Assembly: GCF_006345805.1 (NCBI RefSeq) | Contig: NC_042999.1 | Span: forward strand, 98,642,001 to 98,706,000 | From: Octopus sinensis | Lineage: Eukaryota | Length of the DNA: 64,000 bases | Reading direction: 5' to 3' | Shown: positions 1-11,840 of the stretch, in pieces | Layout of the letters: each line of letters begins with the position of its first letter | Numbering within the stretch: the stretch's first letter is position 1 | The notes under the pieces: model-generated | What the model was told of the DNA's origin: nothing | Seen by the model: only the letters and a program-made list of their open reading frames with translations | Databases searched by the model: none | Program-made: the position numbers and the translations under genes

Positions 1-517
1 AAACAGCTAAATGCTTATTTATAAGGTTTACGAAAATCGTGACAACACTGGGGCAAACATTTAAGCTATATGAAGTTGTATACCATAGAATATTTTGTTT
101 CATTTGTTCTTTAGTATTAGTGCTTTTCTGCATATAATGTATTCTTTGTGCAATTGTCTTTTAATGCATCATTGTATCATGTGCTATATAGTTAAAAGAT
201 TCTTCATCAAAGCATAAACTGAATATTCATTTACCGATATTATTAACTGAGTTTCTAAGCATTATTGCGAAATAACTGGAATTTATATGAACATATTGCA
301 ATTTCACATTTAGTTTGTTATAGAAGCCATGTTTAACAGCATCCATATCTAGAATTAGATTAGTATCTACAGTGATCTTTAATTCTTTGTGCGTTGAATA
401 TATTGATGAACTCCTTTCTAAATGTAACCATTGTGTTGCCATTCATGCTTCGCAAAAGGAATAAACCATTATAACACCAAAGATTGCATTCTATGCAGCA
501 GAATATCTTTCCAAGTA

Positions 518-597
518 TGTCTAAGACGCACAATCCTATCAAGTGAGTGACCAACATGTCTAAGACGCATAATCCTATAAAGTGAGTGACCAACATA
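518..597. repeat. 39-bp tandem duplication
   Basis: atgtctaagacgcayaatcctatmaagtgagtgaccaac occurs twice in tandem. Confidence 0.85.
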
Positions 598-710
598 GAC
601 ACATAGTCCATTTCCATAACTGTAACATTCGATTCCTGGTCATTACATTTAACACAAAAGCATTTTTCGTGAAATATCAAAGACTTCGTAGCATACATAA
701 TAATGATAAT

Positions 711-927
711 ATTGATTTCAAATATTGGCACAAGGTCAGCAATTTCGGGAGAGATGTAAGTCGATTACAACGACTCCAGTGCTCCACTGGTACTTATTTT
801 ATCGACCCCGATAGGATGAAAAGTAAAGTCGACCTCGGCAGAAAGTGAACTCAGAGCGTAAAGACGGACGAAACGCTGCTAGGCATTTTGCTCGGCGTGC
901 TAACGATTCTGCCAGCTCACCACCTTA
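711..927 (-). mobile_element. SINE family A (Deu/Nin-domain-like), near full length
   Basis: Reverse complement reads ggtggtgagctggcagaatcgttagc...gaggtcgactttacttttcatcctatcggggtcgataaaataagtaccag. More than 12 related copies in the window; the core resembles the Deu-domain motif GCCTTTCATCCT...GGTCGATAAAAT. Confidence 0.8.
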
Positions 928-2159
928 TATATACTAATAATATTAGTGTTTGAGTCACTAACTGGAATAAAACTTCAACCGAATTCTGAGGCTTTTACAA
1001 GAAGGGAAATAAGTATAGACGGATAAAACTCTACTACATTAAACTGTATAAATTTACCAAGGGGGTTTATTATCTCACGAACCACCTCATAACTGGTAAG
1101 CTATTATTCCATAGTGAAAATGAAAATACTTGTTAAATACTGCAAATTATGGAATCTAAAATATTTAAACTAAACTTACTTATCTAACTTTTTCCGGATT
1201 TATTAATCTATATTACGGTTTGGAAAAATATTATTTCTATGATCCTTATAAGTAATATATGACTCACGTTACGCAAAATATGCTTTGCTGTATATTTTTA
1301 GGTTCGAAGCTATTCATTTTGCACTTCTAAATTAATACCAGGGTAAGGATTAGAGTTGGTTTTCTTGTAGATATTGTAATATTATTGGAGAGGCGCCTGT
1401 GGTATGAGAAGTTATAAGTTTCGCTCAAATGTTTCGTTTCTTCCGAAGAAATATGCATGCATTGCCAAGTTTTTAATTGTTTTAAATCTCTGTTTAATAT
1501 GTCTCCCGTCGATATTTACCGATGAATTTCCAAGTATTAACTGGCTGAAAAAATGTTTAATTTCCGCAAAATTAAATGTTGGATAAATATTCAAAATTTT
1601 CATTCAGTTATTCGTCCTCACTAAAACTGCATTAATAGTAACCACCTTGCTTTTGTGTGTTTTACTTATATGATAAAGCAGGCAAGAAAAAATAATAAAA
1701 CCACGTGTTGCTGCATGTGAATTGGTGAATATATCACAAACTTTGCTTATAACAATTGGGTAGATGAATATGTGGCAATTTTCTAACACTGTTTTGAATA
1801 CCAATCAAATTGCAACGACTAATTATATTTCAATGTATTGCAAATATCTTTGTTTATATATTATATCGCACCACTTTTTTCGTTCAATCGTTTGAATAAT
1901 CGGTAATCGGAAACATGAAACTCAAATTAACGGTTCAAGAGACTTTCATTTCTAATTCATCACAGTTCAGCCTGTCTTTTAGGGGTTATCTGTTTAGGGC
2001 TACAAAACCCAATATATCCTTCCCTATTTAAAATAGTGGGTATTGATTTGAAATATATGGCTACCAGAAATAAGTGACTCCTAGAAAATGCTGCAATCAC
2101 ATAGAATTTGAATCATATCCCGATATATTACCTATGTATGTGATTGAAAAATTGCGTGC

Positions 2160-2197
<38 letters not shown>

Positions 2198-2368
2198 GCA
2201 ATTGTAAATGCATCAGTATCTCACAATGCACACACACTCACACATCATACACGCACACACGCATACACACATACATAAGTACGCTAGATTATGAATAAAC
2301 ATACACAAGTGTGCAAATATATATATATATATATATATGCATATATGTATGTATGTACGTATGTTTGC

Positions 2369-2399
<31 letters not shown>

Positions 2400-2421
2400 T
2401 GCATGTACGTATGTGTGTATG

Positions 2422-2857
2422 TATAAGAACAATATAACGCGAGGATGGAAGATACCAGGCTTTAATAGTAGATCAGAACATTTGTTTCTGCACTGCAGAC
2501 CCATATTCATATACCATTATACAAAATTATACTTTATAATTACTATATAGTTGAATGTTTTTTCAGTAAGAGCCGCGTGTGGCCGCTTCATCGGGTGGAG
2601 TACGATCAAACACCCGGAATTTAATAATTTGATTGGTGAACAGTAAAGTACATCCGACAGTGTTTTCATGGTATTACAACCGATGAAAGGCCCACACACT
2701 GTTACTGCTGAAAAATATTCAATTAAAAGAATAATCTTGCATAATGGTATTTTAATATAAACTCAGCAACTTAATGCTGGTGTTCGGCGCAGTAACAAAT
2801 CTTCTGATCTACTATTAAAGCCTGGTGTCTTCCATCCTCTGTTATATTATTCTTGTA
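2422..2857. repeat. Foldback/MITE-like imperfect inverted repeat (~436 bp)
   Basis: Outer arms gaggatggaagataccaggctttaatagtagatcagaa / ttctgatctactattaaagcctggtgtcttccatcctc; inner arms ~2512-2615 and ~2661-2751 are also complementary. Confidence 0.85.
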
Positions 2858-3505
2858 TTAATCTTGTATTCCGCGTGTATCCAGCCTTGGAAAATATCCT
2901 ACTGTAGAATAACATGTGGTGGTCAAATAAGCGCACAAAAGCTCTTAAATGCCTGTTGCGAGATTTTTACTCGAATTATACTGTTTGTGTGTTTGTGTGT
3001 ATGTGTGTGTATGCGCGTGTTTTACTTTTTTTATTTGTATTATTGTTTGCTGTGAATATATTTCTTGTGCTATTCGCACTTAAAAACTTAGTGAACTTCT
3101 CATCCTTGACTTCTTTCATCGGAATTATGGATTAGAAAAAAGAGCTCCAATTGAATACTCTAGTTTTAGAAACACTATGAAAGAGAAAAAGCAAGCATAT
3201 ATTCATAGCTAGTATGATTTTGCTCATAGGTTTGTTTCATTGTGTTTGAACCATGGCTCAACAACTGAATCAATAATAATAGAATTAGGAATATATATAT
3301 AAACATCTTTGCGTTCATTTTCTTTAGTATCGAAATATTTATTTATAACCAGATATGATTGATTTTAAAGAAATGAAAAATGTCACTTTAAAAGTTATTG
3401 TATTTTTGCTTTCATTTTCTTTTATAAATATTAGATTTTGACATTAATTCATAGGAAAACATCACTATTTATCATCAGCCTTTCATTTTCTCATTTGTAA
3501 CCCAG

Positions 3506-4846
3506 GTCGGTCAAATTAACGGATCATTCTACCCGTTGGATAAAACAAGATGGCGCTTAATTTCAGAGAAATTACACGGTTCGAATTGTCCAAGTTATTG
3601 TCCAGCCTGCATCCAATGTTCCCATAACAGGACTGAATTATCGGTTAGCAAATTCGAAGAAGGAGACTTTTATGTAGCATTAGTACTTCCTGTTCAAAAG
3701 TCCCTAATATGTGATGAAACTAACCATGAAAACGAGTTGCTTGTTGATTATTTTTTGAAATCACTTCGCCAGATAAAAGAAAAGCATTCGACTGTGACCG
3801 GTAGCAAGCTAGGGGGTATTGTCATAGACTCCTGTCACTCTCAAAGTGACTCCGAAAACATGTGTTACAGTTTTATTGACAAAAATGGCATCAAGCGAGT
3901 AATAACTTCTGGTAACCTGTTATCCACTATTCATGTCCCCGATCTGAGCAAAGAGCCTTACCAAGAACACCCAAAAAGAAATTCTCTGCTACCCAGCATT
4001 CACATCACAAAAATCGGATGCTTCTTTGACAACTTAAATGTTCAAAAGTACGTATCTGTAATTTTGGATGTCATGGAGTCACTTCGCTGGTCTTATTTAA
4101 CTATATTATTATCAGAAAATCCATTCATGAAAGCAATTCATAAGGACCTTAGTAAACAAGCCAAAATGAAAAACATGTGCATTCGAAATGTTATATTAAT
4201 TGAAGATTTAAGAAGAGCTCAATTGCTTAATCAAAATAATCTTTTCTCTGAGCAAGATTCTTCGGCACTGGTTCTTCTAACTGATTTATCTGATACTTCT
4301 GAGTTTTTGCATTCTATTTCAAAACATTATGGTTCTTCTCATATATTCAATTTTGTTTTCTTCCCATGGAATTCAAAAGCGATTTCGAATTTAGGATCTA
4401 ATCTTTTTCAAAGTTCTGTTTTCATTGAAGTTAATAACCCAAAATCATATGAAATTTCCAGAAATGTCACCTCTTTGAATGTTTCTGAGCTAGAAAGTCA
4501 ACTTGAAATGTGTCATTTAAGTCCTTCTGGGAAAATCTATTGTCCTGCGGGCAAAATTGTGAAGAAGTCGCAAAAATCGGTATTCTTTAGTTATTTGACA
4601 TCTGTACTAGAGGTTACTGCCACTGCCTTAGATCAAGTCAGTTCTAAATTATGTTCCGGAAAGAAAGGACTTTGTAACGAATTTCTTGAATGGCCAAATG
4701 TGATGTCAAACTTCCGACATTTCTTGAAAACATCACCTGTTTTCTTATTCGGTGAAAAAACACACTTTGATGAGAATGGAGCTCTGGAAGCCAACTTTGC
4801 CATGAAAAACCTTCGAAGAATCGGAGACGAATTTGAATGGATCCAG
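3506..4846 (+). CDS. Class C GPCR, internal exon A (447 codons): end of a preceding VFT, Cys linker and one full VFT domain
   Basis: Acceptor tttgtaacccag|GTC at 3505/3506 is in frame with ORF 3536..5002. Donor CAG|GTAAGT at 4846/4847. Length 1341 nt, phase 0-0. VFT motifs: GDFYVALVLPV, LGGIVIDSC, LRWSYLTILLS, NMCI, ALDQVSSKLCSGKKGLC, HFDENG. Confidence 0.9.
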
Positions 4847-6153
4847 GTAAGTGTTGAAATATCTTTTAGTAAAAATCAGAAAGAAGATAGTGGTTTCGTA
4901 ATACGTATAGCTCACATTTCAGCGATCCATATAAAATCACGACTAATATTTATATTTCTTGGATGTATTTTAAGCTGTCAAGTAAGGAATTATAGAATTT
5001 GACTTTATTTTTCTGTTGTAAATTGTGCGAAAGATTTTCATAAAATTTTAATGTCATAGTTGGACCTTGTAAGTTTACACATGTGCATACAGTTTATTTC
5101 TATGTTTACAGTTTAAGGGCACATATCCTTTAGATATCGGACCCTGTGTAACCTCATCTACCCAAATGCAAGTTACTTTCGGTGAATTCAGATTTTTTAT
5201 TGAATAAATATTCCTTCCATATATTTTGAAACTATATACTCCTAGCTGGTTTCATATCTGCATGGAGTAAGTAGAAGCATTGGATTAAATTTTGGAACAT
5301 GCCTAATACTCTTCGTATCAGTATAAGAGGTGGAAAAGGCAGCATAGACTCTATAGGCATGGTTGACATGAGAGAAGATTGAACATAGAATGTAGAAGGA
5401 CGAAAGTAAATATTTCAGGGCATGTAGCCTGGTGTCTTGCCAGTTAAGCTCCTAAAATCACTATTTTTCCTATTTCAAACGTAAACTTTGCATTTAACAT
5501 TGGTTGATATCCATACCTGTTTCCGATTATTTTATGCTTTAATATAGCTGATAATTTAACTTGTTACAAATTCCCGAAAAATTATCCAAAATGAAGGAGA
5601 GTTTCTACCGGTATTTTGTACGAGTTCCATTAGTTAACATCACAGCTTCTTTCCCTATTAGATAAGGTTTGGATTAAATTATCATTATATTGTAATTTTC
5701 ATGATATATTCACTAGCGTACCAACATTTGAACACGTTTCCAGATAAGAGGATGCCGTAGTCATTACCATTATTATATTGTTCAGTTTCCACCGAGGTCG
5801 AATTTTCATTTCATCTTTTTGGAGTCGATAAAATAAGTACCAGTTGAGCACTGGGGTGGATGTAATCAACTTACCTCCTCCTCCTCCTCCTCCAAACTTG
5901 CTGGCCTTGTGCCAAAATTTAAAATCATTATTACAGTGTTCAGTATGCTCAATTCGTGAAAAGTTAAGCATAAAGCATGTAAGTATAAAAGTGTCCTGGC
6001 TTAATTCACAGTTGTGTACACTAAAAAAAGAAAAAATCCGAATGGCTAAATATTAATAATGTTGGACTGCCTTTGTATAGATTATAAGTACTTATATTTT
6101 AACAGAATCATAAACTATATCATTTGTTATGTATTTTCTCCGTTTTTTCCTAG
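4847..6153 (+). other. GT-AG intron (1307 bp, phase 0)
   Basis: GTAAGT donor, polypyrimidine tract and TAG acceptor; joins ...WIQ|VGQY in frame. Confidence 0.88.
5785..5930 (+). mobile_element. SINE family A, 5'-truncated copy in the GPCR intron
   Basis: gaggtcgaattttcatttcatc...gtcgataaaataagtaccagttgagcactgggg...ggccttgtgccaaaattt. Confidence 0.8.
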
Positions 6154-7704
6154 GTTGGCCAATACACTATAAACAGAAATATGTCTCTGTTCAAGAAATC
6201 AGTGCGAGGCTATAATGCATTACAAGATGTTAAAGCTCCAGTTTCTGAATGCAATGGATGGTGCCCTCAGTGTTACCAGTGTGATAACTCTCCCGGTAAA
6301 ACAATAGATATTAATAACGACTTCATTTACATGCCTGGTGATATTTTAATAACGGCAATGATGCCTGTACGGAAGGCAGGACGAACAATATTTGAATGTG
6401 GGGATGTCACCATCGACAGTGATGTTGATCAACTGATAGAGGCTGTGATTTATGCTGTCAAAACAGCAAAACAACGACACAATTCGCTTTTGAAAGATAT
6501 TGATCCTGGTCTTTTAATCTTGGACACATGTTCTTCTAAACAAAAAGCCTTAACCATTTTAGGGAATTTTGAATCTTGTGCATATTCTCTTCGACAAAAT
6601 AGTAAAGAAAAGTCTAAAAAAATCGAGAAAAATGAGGATTATTATTCAAGCTGGGGAGCAAGCCCTAAACTAACTCCAGCTTATATGGCAGTTGGATCTT
6701 CGGATGTCCTTGATATTTTGTTGGATTCAGTTGCAGATTTTAAAAAGCCTGTTATGGCAATAGACAAAAATGGAGGTACACGTAGAGCACAACGAGATTC
6801 AGATTTGCACGAAACCACTTTGTCGATGACACTCTCTGCAAATGCTCGATTTTCCGCTATGATTGGTCTCATAAATGCATATCGCTGGAATCATGTTTTC
6901 GTCGTTGCCTCTGACTCACCAGAGAACCATAAACTAATTCAGTTATTCAGTGATATGACCAGGAGTACCAAAATATGTATTTTACATATTATCTGGCTAA
7001 AAGACATTCTCGGAGTAAGTTATGATGACCTAAGCCCTAACAACGAAACTAATTCAGATGATCCTTTCCTATATGCTCTCAAGCTTCTTGCTACCGACAA
7101 CACCACAAAGTTAATCATCGCTTTTATTTCTGAAGATCACTTCACCAAATTGAACTCGTTGATTAAGAAAAGCAACTTGTCAGTAATATGGTTTTTTGAC
7201 CAATCACCTGATGGTTGGGAAAGACATCCATTGAATACAACAATTCCGGCTGGTGCATTCACTATCGATCGGGCGACTCAGGTATACACAGAATTCGAGA
7301 AATATTATAATTCGTCACTGAGAGGAACAGACAACGTTTGGTTTTCTCGACAGCGGCAAAAGCGTTCGTCTTGCCAAATCAAGAACAACAGCCAGTTACG
7401 AAAAACCTGTTTAGGTAAGGGAATTCCTGCGGATCAGGCAATATCTCCTGTAACTACAGATGTCATACGTGCTACTGATGCGATATTATTTGCCCTACAA
7501 AGGGAATATTTGGACAAATGTGGAGGCAAAGGTGGCTTGTGTAAAGAGTTTAATTCCAGAAATATTCTGACTCTTGATTCTTTCAAAAATATTGAAGTTG
7601 AGTTTGAAAGTGACTCCTTCCAGTTTGATGAAAGCCGAGAAGTGGTAACAAGCATAGCTATATATAGTCGAATTTTGAACGAAAACAACACAAAAATCAT
7701 AAAG
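6154..7704 (+). CDS. Class C GPCR, internal exon B (517 codons): Cys linker and one full VFT domain
   Basis: Acceptor ttttttcctag|GTT at 6153/6154 is in frame with ORF 6181..7845. Donor AAG|GTTAGT at 7704/7705. Length 1551 nt, phase 0-0. mGluR-like motifs: PGDILITAMMPV, LIEAVIYAV, GLLILDTCS, YRWNHVFVVAS, KICI, NVWF, ALQREYLDKCGGKGGLC, FQFDE. Confidence 0.92.
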
Positions 7705-8325
7705 GTTAGTGGAAATTTTTCGATTTTATCAGTGTACAAGTGTGAGTGTGAAAGTGTGAACGTGTGTGTGAATGCATGCGTGAGTGTATGTGTGTGTGTG
7801 CGTGCGTGCGTGAGTGCGTGCGTGTGTTTGTATGCATGCGTGTAAGTGCGTGTATAGGGCCAGGGCTGTAGGCCCTCAGGCAAATGAATGTACTGGACTC
7901 TAGAGTATTCATTATCAACTACAAGGCTAACTATACATCGATCAGAATTGAGCCTCTGGACTAGTGGGACCGAAGGGCTGAGGGGCCACTGAGCAACTTG
8001 CCCAGTGTGTCCATGCCTTCAGACGGCGTTGTATACAAGCGCAGGTATGACCAAGTTTTATAAGTTTGCTTTGTAATCTTGAAATACCGGGTTCGATTCC
8101 ACTTGTGTACCCCCATCCCATAGCCTTATAAGTAGACGTAAACTCCGCAAAGTCATCTAATGGATTGTTGCTGTTAATGGAGAGGCCAACTTCACTGCAC
8201 AGTGACTCGTTGGTTTTGTTTGGGCCCGAGTACAAATGGCAGTGAATACTCACTCACTTCCAAGCATTTCCAAGGAAGATGCTTAATAGATCAAGCAATT
8301 GGAGTAATTAATGTTGTAACAGACG

Positions 8326-8326
<1 letters not shown>

Positions 8327-8361
<35 letters not shown>

Positions 8362-8436
8362 ATGTATATATATATGTATATAGGGAGACAGACAGACAGA
8401 CAGACACATACATATGTATACATATGTATGCACGTG

Positions 8437-8481
<45 letters not shown>

Positions 8482-8592
8482 TGTGTGTGTGTATGAATTA
8501 ATGAATGGATGTATGTATGTACGTATGTGAGTGTGTATGAATGTATGTATGTATGTATGTATGTATGTATGTATGTATGTATGTATGCATGC

Positions 8593-8654
<62 letters not shown>

Positions 8655-8668
8655 ATCTATCTATATCT
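8327..8668. repeat. Compound microsatellite (TA)n/(TG)n/(GACA)n/(ATGT)n/(ATCT)n
   Basis: Directly visible. Confidence 0.95.
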
Positions 8669-8680
8669 GTCCATCTAAAT

Positions 8681-8750
8681 CAGTGGTTCCCAACCGTTTT
8701 TTGGCCATGCCCCACCGAATCATTTCTAAAATCCTGATGCCCCCCTTGTG
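8681..8750 (+). mobile_element. hAT (Charlie-like) element terminus; other end not found
   Basis: CAGTGGTTCCCAACC preceded by atctaaat, which resembles the NTCTAGAN target site. Confidence 0.5.
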
Positions 8751-9047
8751 ATATTTAATTTTTGGTATTCAAAATTTGGTTAATGTTTACAATATTACCC
8801 GGAAACAAACCCCCAAAAAAATTGTGCAACGGATGTAAAAAAAATGTGTAGGAAAAGAATATAAAAAAATGCGCGGAAAGCAACGGGAGGTGGGGGATAA
8901 GGACTTTGGAAAATTCACAAGATCCGAATTTTTCCTTCATAGCTTCTAAGGAATTTTTTTTTTTAGATGAAATTTTAAATAGATACCTTTCAACCAGCAT
9001 ATATTACGATTATAAAGAAATTTGTGGGAAAGTCTTTCCGTAAGACT

Positions 9048-9213
9048 AGTTTCGATTCCTAGTCCTGACGGAACGTTGTGTTCTTGCGCAAAGCACTTCA
9101 TTTCACGTTGCTCCAATCTACTCAGTCGACAAAAATAAATAATTCTATGGCGGACCGGTATCCCGTCCAAGTGGGGAATATAAACCCCACAGAATCCGGG
9201 AAAACGACCTTAT
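9048..9213 (+). mobile_element. tRNA-derived CORE-like SINE fragment (distinct subfamily)
   Basis: B-box-like gtttcgattcc, then gtgttcttgcgcaaagcacttcatttcacgttgctcc. Confidence 0.5.
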
Positions 9214-9949
9214 GAAGCTATGGCTCTGGAAGAAATTTTGATCCTATTTTCTCCTAACGTATCTACCTTTTGCTGTTCACTTTTCTGTCTCTGTTTTTTA
9301 TTCCGTTTACTATCCATGTACTTTTGGTTATCGTTGCTACCTTTACTTGACTTCTTGCATCTTTCTGTCCCTTCTTTTACTCCTTTTCGATGGGCTATAG
9401 TGCACCTGAGCACTGGATACATCAAACTCATTAGTCTGATTAACATCAGAATATGTGACAACCGCCATCACACTTTAGTGAACCCACTGCTAAATATACT
9501 AAACAAAAGTCGGGTACTATTTTTTTCTACAAGCATCATTTTGATTGATTAATCTGTTTTACTTTTTTAAGAAGAGGAGAAACTAATTCGTACTTACCGG
9601 ATTCATGGCTAACAATTAAAATTTGACCGTAAAACCATATTAACATTTTTTATTTCGTTGTAATGAAAAAATATGAGATTGGGATTTTGCGATTTCTGTA
9701 ATCTTCATTTTCTTCATTAGTACGAAATAAATAGATGAAATGCGATTCTACAGTTGTATTTTAATTTCTAACTGCTATGAAGTAACTAAAACTTTCTTTC
9801 ATCACAAATGAGCAAAATGAATGAGCCAACCAAAAGAAATCATGTAGATTATTATCTCTTTGATGTAAAATATAAAATGGTATTGCAATTAGTACTCTAT
9901 TCATAGTGAATTTATCATATTTTATTTCTTTATCTTTTATCTTCATTAG

Positions 9950-11110
9950 GTTGCCGAATGGAAAGATGACACTTTGTTCGAAGTTATAAAAACCACCATC
10001 TTACTAAATGACAATTTTGGTGATGATCTGGATAAAGAAGATGTCAGGTTAATGATGGAGGCCAGTTGTGAAGAGAAGTTTTGTACGTGTGCGAATATGC
10101 CACCAAAACCAACTCCATCTATGAAATCTACAATGGCACTAACATTACGGGATGAAGGATTTGTAAAGTCGACTGGTCAGTTTCGGGGAACTATTTGGGC
10201 AACTGTAGTAATAACAGTGGCGGCTGCTGGTGTCTTAACGGCGATTGGAATCTTCACGTATCTTCTTTATAAATATTGTCTGGGTACCGGTTGCGGACGA
10301 CGCTATTGTACTTTAGCGTTGATCCTGTTATTTGCTCTTGTTGTACAATATTCCACCATCTTACCATTTGTTTTCACGCCCAACGAACTTGTATGCGAGA
10401 TGCGTTATTTTGCTCCTGCTTTTGGTTATGCATTTACCCTTAGTATAATACTCGTGAAGCTAATGAATCTTCACGATTATAGATTAATAGGACTCGGTGG
10501 AACTTTATCAATTGTCAACCAGTTATTGACAATTGTTTTTATAACAGGCATCCAAGTAGCAGTCGGTCTGCAACGATGGCTTCTAAAGAAATCTGCACTG
10601 GCAAAGATGGTTACTTACTATGGAGTTTCCATCTATAGTTGTTTGTTTGATAAGTATGATTTTATTTACTACATCTGTTATCCGATGTTTCTACAGATTC
10701 TCATCTTGCTTTACGCAATCTCTCTTTACAAAGAGAAGAGAAATCTCCGTGAAGCCAAATATATTCTTTTGGCTTGTGTTTTCAGCATTGTTGTTTGGTT
10801 GGCGTGGCAACTGGTCTACTTCTTGCAACCAAGCAAATTCATGCAACCGGCTGTCGCAATCGGTATCCTAATATTTACCACTGTTAATTTATCTCTCATC
10901 TTTATTCCTAAGATACACATGATGGCCACTCTAAGATATGATGTCAACAAGACGTCACAGGATCACTACAGTACCAAAGCCGATTCAGACTTTTTCTTTG
11001 AAAGACCTTTTTCTCTTCCTGGCACATTGAAAACATCTGTTTCTGAAAAAACATATGCAAGATCTTACGACGCTTTTGAGAATTCAAATTATTCATCGGG
11101 GTCTGTTTGA
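9950..11110 (+). CDS. Class C GPCR, terminal exon C (386 aa plus stop): VFT end, short Cys linker, 7TM domain (7tm_3 type) and cytoplasmic tail
   Basis: Acceptor cttcattag|GTT at 9949/9950 is in frame with ORF 9974..11110. Seven hydrophobic segments. Class C hallmarks: TM3 C..RYF...ILVK, ICL3/TM6 NLREAKYI (cf. mGluR FNEAK), TM7 IFIPKI (cf. FxPKxY). TGA ends at 11110. Confidence 0.95.
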   Translation, partial: VAEWKDDTLFEVIKTTILLNDNFGDDLDKEDVRLMMEASCEEKFCTCANMPPKPTPSMKSTMALTLRDEGFVKSTGQFRGTIWATVVITVAAAGVLTAIGIFTYLLYKYCLGTGCGRRYCTLALILLFALVVQYSTILPFVFTPNELVCEMRYFAPAFGYAFTLSIILVKLMNLHDYRLIGLGGTLSIVNQLLTIVFITGIQVAVGLQRWLLKKSALAKMVTYYGVSIYSCLFDKYDFIYYICYPMFLQILILLYAISLYKEKRNLREAKYILLACVFSIVVWLAWQLVYFLQPSKFMQPAVAIGILIFTTVNLSLIFIPKIHMMATLRYDVNKTSQDHYSTKADSDFFFERPFSLPGTLKTSVSEKTYARSYDAFENSNYSSGSV

Positions 11111-11161
11111 TATGTGGTTTTGGGGATTTCGGTAATAATTTTAATCGGAGTATGTAAATAA

Positions 11162-11164
<3 letters not shown>

Positions 11165-11225
<61 letters not shown>

Positions 11226-11247
11226 ATATATATATATATACACATAC

Positions 11248-11288
<41 letters not shown>

Positions 11289-11840
11289 TATACATGCATA
11301 TATATATATATAATTATATATATATATATATATATTTACACATACATACATGTATATATATGTATATATATAGGGATGATATATATATGTATATATATAT
11401 ATATATGCAGGGACGATGATACATTATTAATGGTCACACAGGTCAGGAATTTCAAACATCAAGCACAAAATATTTTTAATACATACATACATACATACAT
11501 ACATACATACATACATACATACATACATACATACATACATACATGTATATGTATGTATATATAGGGACGATGATACATTATTAATAATGATCACACTGGT
11601 ATGTATGTATGTATATATGTACGTATATACGTATATACACATGTGTATGTATATATATATGTGTGTGCATGTGTATGTATATATATATATATGTGTGTAT
11701 ATGTATACATACACAGATAGACATACAAACACACACGCACATATACATGCATGCATGCATACATACATACATACATACATACATACATACATACATACAT
11801 ACATACATACATACATACATACATACATACATACATACAT
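11165..11840. repeat. Compound microsatellite block (TA)n/(ACAT)n just downstream of the GPCR stop codon
   Basis: Directly visible; includes a duplicated agggacgatgatacattattaat. Confidence 0.95.

Larger units (their letters stand above)
7705..9949 (+). other. GT-AG intron (2245 bp, phase 0)
   Basis: GTTAGT donor, T-rich tract and TAG acceptor; joins ...IIK|VAEW in frame. Confidence 0.88.

Noticed and set aside
4847-5002. C-terminal extension of ORF 3536..5002, and likewise 7705-7845 of ORF 6181..7845
   Set aside because: Read-through into introns past strong GT donors; homology stops at the donor and the second extension is TG microsatellite.
3536-11110. Three separate genes (two soluble binding proteins plus a 7TM protein), as the ORF track suggests
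   Set aside because: None has a signal peptide or a convincing start, and all have in-frame splice sites at homologous positions. One spliced gene is the simpler reading.
11090-11110. C-terminal PDZ-binding motif in ...YSSGSV
   Set aside because: Ends in Val, but position -2 is Gly rather than Ser/Thr, so it is not a canonical class I motif.
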